Source: Flavobacteriales bacterium (GTDB lineage Bacteria; Bacteroidota; Bacteroidia; Flavobacteriales_F; PHOS-HE28). Taken from it: a stretch of 64,000 nt of DNA. Under the pieces are notes generated by a model. The model did no database searches. It was not told where the DNA came from and worked only from the letters and a program-made list of their open reading frames with translations. Below, in pieces: positions 24,427 to 35,422 of this stretch (position 1 is its first letter; each line of letters starts with the position of its first letter). Position numbers and translations under genes: made by a program. The stretch covers positions 22,033-86,032 of the forward strand of contig JAGNSU010000003.1 of assembly GCA_017987895.1 (NCBI GenBank), read 5' to 3'.

Positions 24427-26196
24427 ATGACCCCGCCCCGGACCAAGCGCTGGCGTTTGAAGGAAGTCCCTGATGCGGCCGCGGAATCCGCATTGACCAC
24501 GGACCGCTGCCCGATGTCGTTAGCGCGTGTCCTCGCACAACGTGGCATCCGGGACCCGAAGGAAGCAGCGCGCTTTTTCCGTCCGCACATCGAGCAGTTG
24601 CACGATCCGTTCTCGATGGCCGACATGCTGAAGGCTGTGGAACGGATCGAGCATGCCCTCGGCGAAGGAGAACGCATCATGGTCTATGGGGACTATGATG
24701 TGGATGGCACCACCGCGGTGGCCTTGGTCACTTCGTTCCTGTCCCGGTTCTCCGGGCAACTCATTTTCTACATCCCGGACCGTTATTCCGAAGGCTATGG
24801 CATTTCGTTCCAAGGGATCGATCACGCGAAGCAGGAGGGTGTTACACTGATCATCGCGTTGGACTGTGGCATCAAGTCGCACGATAAGGTGACCTACGCT
24901 TCGGAAAAAGGGATCGACTTCATCATTTGCGATCACCACCGGCCGGACGATACCCTGCCTGCGGCCGTCGCCGTGCTCGATCCCAAGCGCGACGATTGCC
25001 CTTATCCCTTCAAGGAGCTCAGCGGCTGTGGCATCGGCTTCAAACTGATGCAGGGCCTCGCGCAGCGCAACAACATCCCCTTCGCCGAACTGGAACCCCT
25101 GCTCGATCTGGTGGCTGTGAGCACCGCATGCGACATCGTACCGGTGACCGGTGAGAACCGGGTGCTCTCCTACTTCGGGCTCCGTCGGCTGAACGAGGAA
25201 CCACGCGCCGGTTTCCAGGCCATGCTGGAAATGGCCAATGTGAAGCGGTCCCTCAACGTCACTGATCTGGTCTTCGTGCTGGGACCGCGCATCAATGCCG
25301 CAGGTCGCATCGAACATGGAAGGCAGGCCGTGGAACTGCTGCTGGCGCACGACAAGCAGCAGGCCGAGCAGATGAGCGCGCGCATCGACCGTAACAACGT
25401 GCAGCGCCAGGACCTGGACAAGGAGATCACGCGTGGCGCGATGGAAATGATCGAGCGCGATGCCTTCCTCCAGAGCGCATGGAGCACCGTCCTGTTCGAC
25501 GCCACGTGGCACAAAGGCGTGATCGGGATCGTGGCTTCGCGGCTGGTCGATGTCCACTACCGCCCCACTGTGGTGCTCACTGAGAGCAACGGCAAAGCGG
25601 CGGGATCGGCGCGCAGCGTAAAGGGCTTCGATGTGTACGAAGCCATCAGCGCATGCGCGGACCTATTGGAGCAGTTCGGCGGGCATACCTATGCGGCCGG
25701 TCTTACCATGCCTCTGGAGAACGTGGAAGCTTTCCGCACGCGCTTCGAGGCCGTGGTGCGCGAACGCCTGGGCGAAGAGCAACGCACCCGCGAGGAAGAA
25801 GTGGACGTGGAGATCCCGCTATCCGATATCGACGGCCGGTTGATGAAGGTGCTCCAACACATGGCGCCTTACGGACCGGGCAACATGCGCCCGGTCTTCC
25901 TCACGCGCGGTGTCAAGGACAAAGGCCGTGCGCGCATCGTGGGGGACAGCCATTTGAAGATGAACTTGATCGATCCGGACCATCCGCAGCGCGAGATCGA
26001 TGCCATCGCTTTCCGCCAGGCCGAGCACATGGAACTGGTGCGCAGCGGTGAACCGTTCAGCGTGATCTACACCTTGGAGGACAATCTTTGGAACGGTCGC
26101 ACCACCATCCAGATGAACATCAAGGACATCAAACCAGGATCGGACGGCCTTTTGGTGAACGAGGGGGCGGGACACCATACCGGGGTGCTTGCTTGA
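24427..26196 (+). CDS. recJ: Single-stranded-DNA-specific exonuclease RecJ
   Basis: DHH-family motifs are present: VYGDYDVDGTTA, ALDCG and ICDHHRP. There is also a DHHA1-like GGHTYAAG. Confidence 0.93.
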   Translation: MTPPRTKRWRLKEVPDAAAESALTTDRCPMSLARVLAQRGIRDPKEAARFFRPHIEQLHDPFSMADMLKAVERIEHALGEGERIMVYGDYDVDGTTAVALVTSFLSRFSGQLIFYIPDRYSEGYGISFQGIDHAKQEGVTLIIALDCGIKSHDKVTYASEKGIDFIICDHHRPDDTLPAAVAVLDPKRDDCPYPFKELSGCGIGFKLMQGLAQRNNIPFAELEPLLDLVAVSTACDIVPVTGENRVLSYFGLRRLNEEPRAGFQAMLEMANVKRSLNVTDLVFVLGPRINAAGRIEHGRQAVELLLAHDKQQAEQMSARIDRNNVQRQDLDKEITRGAMEMIERDAFLQSAWSTVLFDATWHKGVIGIVASRLVDVHYRPTVVLTESNGKAAGSARSVKGFDVYEAISACADLLEQFGGHTYAAGLTMPLENVEAFRTRFEAVVRERLGEEQRTREEEVDVEIPLSDIDGRLMKVLQHMAPYGPGNMRPVFLTRGVKDKGRARIVGDSHLKMNLIDPDHPQREIDAIAFRQAEHMELVRSGEPFSVIYTLEDNLWNGRTTIQMNIKDIKPGSDGLLVNEGAGHHTGVLA

Positions 26197-26248
26197 TCCT
26201 TGAACTTTCGAACACCACCGTCGTCGAACCACCGCAATAGCCGAAACC

Positions 26249-27817
26249 ATGCGTACCTGCTTGCTCCTGATCGGCGCCGTGACCTGTGTGTCCTCGATCG
26301 CCCAGACACCTACATGGAGCGAGGACGTGGCCTGCATCGTTTACTCGCACTGCGCTCCCTGCCATCGCGAGGGTGGTGCCGGGCACTTCAGCCTCACCAG
26401 CTTCACGGACGCATACACCTATCGTAACGACATGCGTGATGCCACGCAGTTGCGCTTAATGCCCCCGTGGCCACCCGACCAGGACTACCGCACACTCGCC
26501 CACGAGCGCGTCCTTTCACAGGACGAGATCGACATCATCGCCGCCTGGGCGAACAGCGGAGGACCGGAAGGCGATCCCGGGCTCGCTCCACCGCCGCCCA
26601 CTTTCAGCAGCAACTGGGTTATCGCACAGCCCGACATCACTGCGCGCATGGAGGAATATGTGGTGCCGCCCTCCACGAACGACAACTACCGCGCCTTCGT
26701 GCTGCCGATCAACAACCCGGTGAACAGCCATATCACCGGTTTCGAAGTGGTGCCGGGCAACACCGAGATCGTACACCATGTGCTGGTGTTCGCGGATGCT
26801 ACAGGCCAGGCGCAAGCGTTGGATGATGCGGACCCAGCGCCCGGCTACGCCAGCTTCGGGGGCATCGGTGTTTCCGGTGCGAAGCTGGTGGGGCTATGGG
26901 TGCCGGGTGCGGATCCCGTCTTTACACCCGCGAGCATGGGCATTCCGCTGGAGGCCGGTGCGGACCTCGTGATGCAGGTACACTATCCGGCAGGTAGCAA
27001 CGCTTTGGTGGACAGCACGCGCATCAACTTGCAATTGAGCCCCGGTGGTTTTATCCGCGACATGGCCATCGATCCCATCCTGGAACATTGGCTCACCATG
27101 ACCGACGGTCCCCTGGTGATCCCCGCGAACACGGTGAAGACCTTCCACAACCAATACACGGTTCCGATCCCTGCCACCATCACAGCCATTGGGCCACATG
27201 CGCATCTTATATGCACTTCCATGAAAGCCTTCGCCGTGGCGCCAGGCAACGATACCATCCCGCTCATTGATATCCCCATGTGGGATTTCCGGTGGCAGGG
27301 GCTCTATCAATTCCGCAAGCCGATCTACCTGCCCGCGAACACGGTGCTGTACGGCGAGGCGACTTACGACAACACCGTGAACAACGAGAACAACCCGAAC
27401 GACCCACCGCAACTGGTCACCTTGGGCGAGGCCACGTCGGACGAGATGATGCTGTTCTACTTCGGCTGGACCTATGGTTTCCCGATCGACACCACGATCG
27501 TGGTCGATATGGATCCGCATCCCGCACACCACTTGGATTGTGAAACCTCGTTCCCGATCGGGATCCAGGACGTCATGCTCGAGGACAACGCGCGTTATTG
27601 GCCGATCCCTGCGGAAGATCTGCTCTACCTCGAATGGGCGCAAGGCCCTGCCGATCTCGTGCTGCGCGATGCGACCGGCCGTGCGGTCCGTGCGCTGCGC
27701 ATCGCGAACGGTGTGAACGAAGTGGATCTCTCCACGGTACCCGGTGGCCTGTACCTGGCCGAAGTGCGCGGCCGGGAAGGGCGCTTGTTGTCGCGCACCG
27801 AGGTGTTGCGCCAATGA
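26249..27817 (+). CDS. Copper type II ascorbate-dependent monooxygenase-like (PHM/DBH fold) protein with an N-terminal CxxCH segment and a T9SS CTD
   Basis: Signal peptide, then SHCAPCHREGG. CuH-like ligands are HITGFEVVPGNTEIVHHVLVF and MQVHYP. CuM-like ligands are GPHAHLIC and TSDEMM. The CTD is WPIPAEDLLYLEW..GLYLAEVRGREGRLLSRTEVLRQ. Confidence 0.7.
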   Translation: MRTCLLLIGAVTCVSSIAQTPTWSEDVACIVYSHCAPCHREGGAGHFSLTSFTDAYTYRNDMRDATQLRLMPPWPPDQDYRTLAHERVLSQDEIDIIAAWANSGGPEGDPGLAPPPPTFSSNWVIAQPDITARMEEYVVPPSTNDNYRAFVLPINNPVNSHITGFEVVPGNTEIVHHVLVFADATGQAQALDDADPAPGYASFGGIGVSGAKLVGLWVPGADPVFTPASMGIPLEAGADLVMQVHYPAGSNALVDSTRINLQLSPGGFIRDMAIDPILEHWLTMTDGPLVIPANTVKTFHNQYTVPIPATITAIGPHAHLICTSMKAFAVAPGNDTIPLIDIPMWDFRWQGLYQFRKPIYLPANTVLYGEATYDNTVNNENNPNDPPQLVTLGEATSDEMMLFYFGWTYGFPIDTTIVVDMDPHPAHHLDCETSFPIGIQDVMLEDNARYWPIPAEDLLYLEWAQGPADLVLRDATGRAVRALRIANGVNEVDLSTVPGGLYLAEVRGREGRLLSRTEVLRQ

Positions 27818-28263
27818 TCACCGTAGGCGGTGATGAACACTGGATGCGGCAGGCGCTGCGCGAGGCCGAACGCTCCTTCACTGCGGATGAAGTTCCCGTA
27901 GGTGCGGTCGTGGTATGTCAGGAGCGCGTGATCGCACGCGCCCACAACCTCACCGAACGCTTGAACGACGTGACGGCACACGCGGAGATGCAATGTCTCA
28001 CCGCTGCCGCGGAACATCTAGGGAGCAAGTACCTGATGGACTGCACCATGTACGTCACCCTCGAACCCTGCGTGATGTGCGCGGGCGCGTTGCGCTGGGC
28101 GCAACTCGGCAAATTGGTCTTCGGTGCGTTCGATGAGAAGGCGGGCTACCGCCGTATCGGCAGCACATTGCTGCATCCCAAAACACAAGTGAGCGGAGGC
28201 ATCTTGGAACCCGAATGCGCCGATCTGATGAAGGCGTTCTTTCGGAAGAAGCGGGCGTTGTAA
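27814..28263 (+). CDS. tadA: tRNA-specific adenosine deaminase
   Basis: Zinc motifs HAEMQC and PCVMCAGAL. The ATG overlaps the upstream stop in an ATGA arrangement at 27814-27817. Confidence 0.9.
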   Translation: MITVGGDEHWMRQALREAERSFTADEVPVGAVVVCQERVIARAHNLTERLNDVTAHAEMQCLTAAAEHLGSKYLMDCTMYVTLEPCVMCAGALRWAQLGKLVFGAFDEKAGYRRIGSTLLHPKTQVSGGILEPECADLMKAFFRKKRAL

Positions 28264-28307
28264 GCAGCGACGGACCGCATTGCATGGTCTTACTGTAAAT
28301 ACCTCTC

Positions 28308-29216
28308 ATGAGAACATCCGCTACCCTCCTTTTGCTCCTCGGAGCGACCATCAGCAATGCGCAGACTCCGGGCGACACCCTCACCATGGCGTTCGATATT
28401 CCTGGGGAGGAACTTGTGCTCGACAGCGTCTACCCACTGGGATGCTGGCAGGTCGGCACACCAACGAAGCCGGTATTCACAAGTGCATACTCCCCCGGAA
28501 GGGCTTTGGTGACCGATACGATCCTGCCGCACCCATCGAGCATGACGTGTTACGCGGAATTCACGCTGATCACCACCGATCTCGAATATCTGGGACGATC
28601 GATCGAGTTCAGGTATTTCCGGGACATGGACACCTCTGCTAGGGGCTGGGTGGAAGCGTTCGACCCGTTCCAGTTGACCTGGCATAGGTTCGGGACCTTA
28701 TGGGATGAGTATTATCAAGTGGGTGATGTGGTCACGACTGCTTTAGGCCCTGAATTCGTTGGTCAGGATACGAGTTGGCAGTATGCATGGCTAGAATCGC
28801 CTTGCGGTGGTGTACTCCAAAGGGAAGCACGTCACGATCGCATGTGGTACGATCCGATCATGCGGGTCAGGTTCGTCTTCGAAAGTCAGGGCAATCCAGA
28901 TGGCCACGATGGATGGATGATAGATGACGTACGCGCAAGTGTGAGTTACTGTAGTGGCAGCGTTCGAGAGGGTTCGATTGGCACACCGACGGTGTACCCG
29001 GTCCCGACGAGTGGAAGCCTTTGGATCGATCCGCGCACCAACTCCGAATATGTCCTCGACCTCCTGGGTCCGGATGGAAAAGTGGTTGCCCCATCAGCCC
29101 GGATCACCGATGGAATTGCTACGATCAACGTCAGCGATCTGGCGGTGGGGATTTATGCTGCGCGTGTCACTGCCGAAGGGTCAACGACCACGCACCGATT
29201 CGTGGTTGAGCACTGA
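28308..29216 (+). CDS. Hypothetical T9SS cargo protein
   Basis: Signal peptide MRTSATLLLLLGATISNAQ. CTD VYPVPTSGSLWIDP..VGIYAARVTAEGSTTTHRFVVEH. The gene looks AT-richer than its neighbours. Confidence 0.7.
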   Translation: MRTSATLLLLLGATISNAQTPGDTLTMAFDIPGEELVLDSVYPLGCWQVGTPTKPVFTSAYSPGRALVTDTILPHPSSMTCYAEFTLITTDLEYLGRSIEFRYFRDMDTSARGWVEAFDPFQLTWHRFGTLWDEYYQVGDVVTTALGPEFVGQDTSWQYAWLESPCGGVLQREARHDRMWYDPIMRVRFVFESQGNPDGHDGWMIDDVRASVSYCSGSVREGSIGTPTVYPVPTSGSLWIDPRTNSEYVLDLLGPDGKVVAPSARITDGIATINVSDLAVGIYAARVTAEGSTTTHRFVVEH

Positions 29217-29308
29217 TCCCATGTGGGGTATGATCGAAGGCGACGGGTCTCGGGCCTGGCTCGTTCGTGGATAGGACCCCTGTGCAACGGCACGCCCTCA
29301 CTACCGTT

Positions 29309-29316
29309 TACATTTG
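29309..29316 (+). promoter_or_regulatory. -7 box TACATTTG upstream of the bacilliredoxin-like gene
   Basis: Exact TAnnTTTG match. Its position favours ATG 29356 over ORF start 29314, which lies inside the box. Confidence 0.5.
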
Positions 29317-29355
29317 TACCGGTCGAACAGACCGACAACAGAGAACCAAGCACCT

Positions 29356-29766
29356 ATGTACCCACCCGAACTAGTAGCCCCGATGAAGACCGACCTGACC
29401 ATGGCCGGTTTCTCGGAACTCCATACCCCCGATCAAGTGGACAAGGCCCTTTCGCAGCCCGGCACCGTGCTATGCATGGTGAACAGCGTGTGCGGCTGTG
29501 CCGCCGGAGCTGCCCGCCCTGGTGTGAAGATGAGTTTGCAAGGCGCCAAGCGCCCGGCGAATTTGGTCACCGTGTTCGCCGGTGTGGACACCGATGCCAC
29601 GAACCAGGCACGCAAGCATTTCCTTCCGTACCCGCCCAGCAGCCCGGCCGTCGCCCTCTTCAAGGATGGCAAATTGGTACATTTCCTGGAGCGCCACCAC
29701 ATCGAAGGCCGCTCGGCCGATATGATCGCCGAGAACCTGATGATGGCGTACGACGAGTTCTGCTGA
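29356..29766 (+). CDS. Bacilliredoxin (BrxA/BrxB, YphP/YqiW, DUF1094) family thiol-disulfide protein
   Basis: MYPPELVAPMKTDL..LCMVNSVCGCAAGAARPG contains the hallmark CGC redox motif. Confidence 0.8.
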   Translation: MYPPELVAPMKTDLTMAGFSELHTPDQVDKALSQPGTVLCMVNSVCGCAAGAARPGVKMSLQGAKRPANLVTVFAGVDTDATNQARKHFLPYPPSSPAVALFKDGKLVHFLERHHIEGRSADMIAENLMMAYDEFC

Positions 29767-29782
29767 TCAGCCACGAACGAAG

Positions 29783-29815
29783 AAGCCCCGGTCCATCGTA
29801 CGATGGCCGGGGCTT
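29783..29815. terminator. Bidirectional hairpin between convergent genes
   Basis: AAGCCCCGG..CCGGGGCTT forms the outer stem around the inner palindrome CATCGTACGATG. It is preceded by CCACGAACGAAGA. Confidence 0.65.
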
Positions 29816-29831
29816 TGCGCGTGTTGTACCG

Positions 29832-32800
29832 TTAGGGAAGTTGCTGCGCGCGCGTGGCGGTAGGCACGGACCCACCGATGTTCACCAAGATCACGTCGCG
29901 ATCATTGGCGCCACCGGCGTACTTCGTCAGGCCATCCATCGTAGTGTCCTCAGTGCGGTAGCCAGGTACGGTGGCGGTGGGCACGGTACCTCCGATGGCG
30001 ACGAGGATGGGATCGCGATCGTTGTTACTTCCGGCATAGCGCAGGGTGGCATCGGGTTTCGCATTGCCCGTCCATAGTACCATGGTGCCGTTCACGTCTT
30101 TGCGCGCGTTGGTCCCGAAGGTGGTGGTTCCACCCGTGGTGAAGTCTACGGCCGTGGTGGTCCCGCTCAAGGAGATCGGTGCGGACGTCATACACCCGAG
30201 ATGGTTGCGATGTCGCACTGCCACGTAGTAGCTGTTGGCAGTGGCAAGCAAGGAGACAGGAGAAACGCCGTCCTCCGCTACCACATCCCCATCGCGCTGA
30301 ACGAGGGCCGTGCGCGTCGCTGCGATCATGGCAGGTGTGAACTGGTTGCGCAGCTCCACCAGCACCCAATCGACGATGGCGTTGTCGCCAGATACTGTGG
30401 TGATACCGGCTTGCAGCGTTTCGCCACCGCCATCCGAAGCTTGCGTGAACGCGAGACCGGTATATGGTTCCGTGGGAGGGATCCAATTGCCGGTGCGTAG
30501 CTGATCGCGCATGCGGCCGGTGTTCGGATCGTAGGGCCCTTCAAGCATCAGCTTCACGGCCAGGCGCAGGCCATTGTTCTCCAAAGTGATGTTGTCCAGA
30601 TAGAGGCGGTTGCCGTAGTCGTTGATGTTCACGAACCGGATCACCACGGCCTGGCCGTCGTAAGCGCTCAGGTCGATATCGTTCAAGACCCACTGGTTGG
30701 CGGCCGTTGGATCGAACGGGTTACCGTTCTGCGGCGCCGTTCCCAAGGCCGCCCCTGCTGCATAGTAGAGCTGGGTCCAGTTCGCTCCGCAGTTGGTGCT
30801 GATCTCTACGCGCAGGGCGTCGTCGTAGCCACCGCCGTAGGGTGCATAGGCGCGGTGGAACCGGAGGCGGGTACCCGCACTGCCGCCGAGGGTGATGACC
30901 GGTGTCACCAGACGGTCCTCCTGCCCCTGTGCATCGTAGTAGTAATTGTCCAGGCGCCATGCCCGGCCTGCGTTGCCATTGCTGCCTGCGGCGATCGCCA
31001 CATTGCCCCAAGTGGTCAGGTCATCGGGGTTCTGTAGGCTCCATCCTGCAGGTGCAGCTTGTTGGTTCTCAGCATCCGCCAGCAACGGCACGGAAGTACC
31101 GCTACTGCTGACGGTTATGAAGCCGGGGATGGTGCGCGTGCTCGTGCCGTTGACATCGGTAACAGTGAGACTGACATCGTATGCCCCGGGAGCGGTATAG
31201 GACACGAGCGGGTTTCGGATCGAACTTGTGCCGGGTGTTCCACCGGGAAAGGTCCAGGACCAGGTGGCGCCGGATGCGTTCAAGGCGCTGTTGTCCCAGA
31301 ACTGCACGCTGGGTGCGAGGCAGGTCACATTGCGCTTGTCCGCACTGAAGTTGGCGAGCGGCGCGCTCGGTGTTTCAATGGCGCTCTCCCAAACACTGCG
31401 ATCCGTGCCGTTGCGGATCTTCCCTTCCTTGTAATTGATGAGCAGCCGCGTGCTATAGATGCGTGCAGGCAGTCCGGCGTTCCAAAGTGACCACGCAGGT
31501 GCGGCATCGTTGCGGTAGTACACCGCGCGCCGTGTACCGATGTACAAGGCGCCGTTGCTGCCGAGCTGGTGTGTGATGTTGCTCGGCCATTCGTTGTTGA
31601 GGTTCGCATCGGTGATGTTCGTCCATGCGCTTCCACCGGTGGTGCTCTTGTACACCACGTAACCGTTGATGTTCGGATAGTCGCCGTACTGGCTGGTGCG
31701 GCACAACCAGATGGTCTGCGGATCGGTGCCGCTCACGGCGATGTCATAGGGTACCCAAGTATTACCGTTCAACTGGCCGCTCGATGGTGTGATGTCGGTC
31801 CAGTTCGCACCTGCATCAGTGCTGCGCCACACGCGTTTCGTGTCCCACCAACCCAAGTAGGTGCACACATAGATCGCGTTCGGGTCGCTGAAGGCCACTT
31901 CGAGGCTCGTCACCTTCTCGCCGAAGTTGTGGACTTCCGTGAACGAACCGCCGTTGTCGTCGGTGCGCCAGAGGCTGTTACCGTTGCCGAGGTAAGCGGT
32001 GTTAACCAAGTTGGGGTGCCACACCAGGTCACTGCTTTCGCCGGTGATGTAGCTGCCGTTCGGTTGTTTGTCCCAATCGCTGTTCCCGTTCGCCACCAAC
32101 CGATCACCGCTCAACGTTTTGTATCCGTAGTCGCTCAACGCGCGCCGATCGTATTGCGGATGCACGAAGCCGCGGATGCCGTCGCCTCCATCGGTGCATA
32201 CCCAGCCATTGGTGTACACGTTCGCGTCTTTCAGCAGCGTGCCGTTGTGGTAGGTGCCACCGAGCATCACCTGGCTGCCGGTCCAACCGCCTGCGCCGAA
32301 GCCCCAGAAGTCCGTGCCCGCGATACCGAACATGCGCCGGTTGAAGGTGACGCCCGCATCGTTGCTGTAGAATATGCCGCCGTCACACGCCGCCCATATC
32401 TCGGTGCCGTAATACCGGAGGTCGTGGATGTCGGCGTGGATGTAGTCCACTTTGTCGCTGTGGCTCCACTTCGCTGGGCAGGTGAAGGTGACGCCACCAT
32501 CGGTGCTCACCCAGCGTTGCACGCCGCACACTTGGAGCTTGTTCGCGTTCGCGGGATCGACGTTGAAGGCGAGGTCGTAGTAGTACTGCCCACCATCATC
32601 CTGTCCGGCATCGTCCCAACCCATCAGGTTGAAGTTGGTCGGCGATGGAACACCTCCTGGCCCGGTACCGCAACATTGGAAGGTCCAGTTCGCACCGTTG
32701 TCGATGCTCTTGTACACGCCGTAGAGACCGCTGCCGCCGTTGGCCGCACCAGTGCATAAGGCGTAAACCGTGTTGGGTGCCGCGGCGGTTACCGCGATCT

Positions 32801-33773
32801 CCGTGCGCTCCTGTTCATCGGGCGCCACAGGCAGCGGCCAGTTCACTCCGACCTGCGTGAACGACACACCGCTGTTGGTGCTGCGCCAGAACTCCGTGCG
32901 GTTGCTCACTTGCTTGATGGCATACACCATCGTAGGATCGCCCGGCTTCATTTCCAATTCCTGCCAACTCCCGGTCTGCACTTGCGTGAACGAAGTGCCC
33001 GCATTGATGCTGCGCCACAATCCTTGATCGCTCAGCACGAACAGGATCTGGTTGTTCGTCGGGTGCATCACGATATCGCGGATGCTGTGCGACAGGCCTT
33101 GGAAGGTGGCATCGCCGATGGTGTTCCAGGTGGCGCCACCATCCGTGGTCTTCCACAGATCCCCTTCACCGCCGAAGTAGGCCGTGTTCTGCACCGTGTG
33201 GTCCAATTCAATGGCCACCACCGAGCCCACCATCATCGTTTTCGTGGTGTTCGTCCAGTTGAGGCCCTTGTCGACGCTCTTCCAAACACCGGCGTTGGCG
33301 GTACCCGCGTAGATCAGGTTGGTGTTCACGGCGCTCTGTTCCACCGTATACACATGCGCGGCACCCGCGGCATAGCTCTTCACCACGGACCCGTGGTCCC
33401 AATCGATCGGGCCGATGCAACTCCAGTTGGCGGCGCGTTGTTGTAAAAGATCCTCGGTAGCGTCGAGGTAGTCGCGCGTGGTTTGCCCGTACGCTGCCAA
33501 TTGTTCGGGATCCTTCGGCACCAGGTTATGGCCCAATTCACGCTTCCACCGCTTGAGGTATTGCGTGTGGCTGTTCTTCACGAGCGGGTTGCTGGCATAG
33601 TACGCATCATACGCCGCGATAACCGCGCCCGGGTCCGGGTCGGGTGCGTACATCAGTTGCACCCATTGGGGCAGGTCACTGCGCTGCGCATTGTACGGTC
33701 TGAATGAAAGGTCTTGGGCGTGCAGGCCGAAGGCGCAAACGAGCGGCGCGAGGAAGGCAGTGGTTCGGATCAT
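29832..33773 (-). CDS. Large secreted BNR/Asp-box (sortilin/VPS10-like) repeat protein with a PKD domain and a duplicated C-terminal motif
   Basis: ATG 33773 gives the signal peptide MIRTTAFLAPLVCAFGLHAQ. Asp-boxes include SVDKGLNW, TTDGGATW, SIDNGANW, STDGGVTF, STDAGANW and STTGGSAW. PKD-like segment WTFPGGTPGTSSIRNPLVSYTAPGAYDVSLTVTD. The first 187 aa of track ORF 29832-34334 are rejected. Confidence 0.85.
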   Translation of the reverse strand: MIRTTAFLAPLVCAFGLHAQDLSFRPYNAQRSDLPQWVQLMYAPDPDPGAVIAAYDAYYASNPLVKNSHTQYLKRWKRELGHNLVPKDPEQLAAYGQTTRDYLDATEDLLQQRAANWSCIGPIDWDHGSVVKSYAAGAAHVYTVEQSAVNTNLIYAGTANAGVWKSVDKGLNWTNTTKTMMVGSVVAIELDHTVQNTAYFGGEGDLWKTTDGGATWNTIGDATFQGLSHSIRDIVMHPTNNQILFVLSDQGLWRSINAGTSFTQVQTGSWQELEMKPGDPTMVYAIKQVSNRTEFWRSTNSGVSFTQVGVNWPLPVAPDEQERTEIAVTAAAPNTVYALCTGAANGGSGLYGVYKSIDNGANWTFQCCGTGPGGVPSPTNFNLMGWDDAGQDDGGQYYYDLAFNVDPANANKLQVCGVQRWVSTDGGVTFTCPAKWSHSDKVDYIHADIHDLRYYGTEIWAACDGGIFYSNDAGVTFNRRMFGIAGTDFWGFGAGGWTGSQVMLGGTYHNGTLLKDANVYTNGWVCTDGGDGIRGFVHPQYDRRALSDYGYKTLSGDRLVANGNSDWDKQPNGSYITGESSDLVWHPNLVNTAYLGNGNSLWRTDDNGGSFTEVHNFGEKVTSLEVAFSDPNAIYVCTYLGWWDTKRVWRSTDAGANWTDITPSSGQLNGNTWVPYDIAVSGTDPQTIWLCRTSQYGDYPNINGYVVYKSTTGGSAWTNITDANLNNEWPSNITHQLGSNGALYIGTRRAVYYRNDAAPAWSLWNAGLPARIYSTRLLINYKEGKIRNGTDRSVWESAIETPSAPLANFSADKRNVTCLAPSVQFWDNSALNASGATWSWTFPGGTPGTSSIRNPLVSYTAPGAYDVSLTVTDVNGTSTRTIPGFITVSSSGTSVPLLADAENQQAAPAGWSLQNPDDLTTWGNVAIAAGSNGNAGRAWRLDNYYYDAQGQEDRLVTPVITLGGSAGTRLRFHRAYAPYGGGYDDALRVEISTNCGANWTQLYYAAGAALGTAPQNGNPFDPTAANQWVLNDIDLSAYDGQAVVIRFVNINDYGNRLYLDNITLENNGLRLAVKLMLEGPYDPNTGRMRDQLRTGNWIPPTEPYTGLAFTQASDGGGETLQAGITTVSGDNAIVDWVLVELRNQFTPAMIAATRTALVQRDGDVVAEDGVSPVSLLATANSYYVAVRHRNHLGCMTSAPISLSGTTTAVDFTTGGTTTFGTNARKDVNGTMVLWTGNAKPDATLRYAGSNNDRDPILVAIGGTVPTATVPGYRTEDTTMDGLTKYAGGANDRDVILVNIGGSVPTATRAQQLP

Positions 33774-33861
33774 GAGCGATGGATCGGTCAAATATCCCCA
33801 AAGCGCACGAGGGGCGGCCCGATAAGACGCCGGAACATCGGGATCCCACCGGGTGGAACGT

Positions 33862-33891
33862 CGAACGCCCTGACCGGAGCCAGGGCGTTCG
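33862..33891 (-). terminator. Hairpin downstream of gdhA
   Basis: CGAACGCCCTG / CAGGGCGTTCG forms an 11-bp perfect stem with an 8-nt loop. Confidence 0.6.
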
Positions 33892-33913
33892 TTCAATGAT
33901 CTTCGCAGCGTAC

Positions 33914-35401
<1,488 letters not shown>

Positions 35402-35422
35402 CTATTGGCCTAAGCCTCGCTT

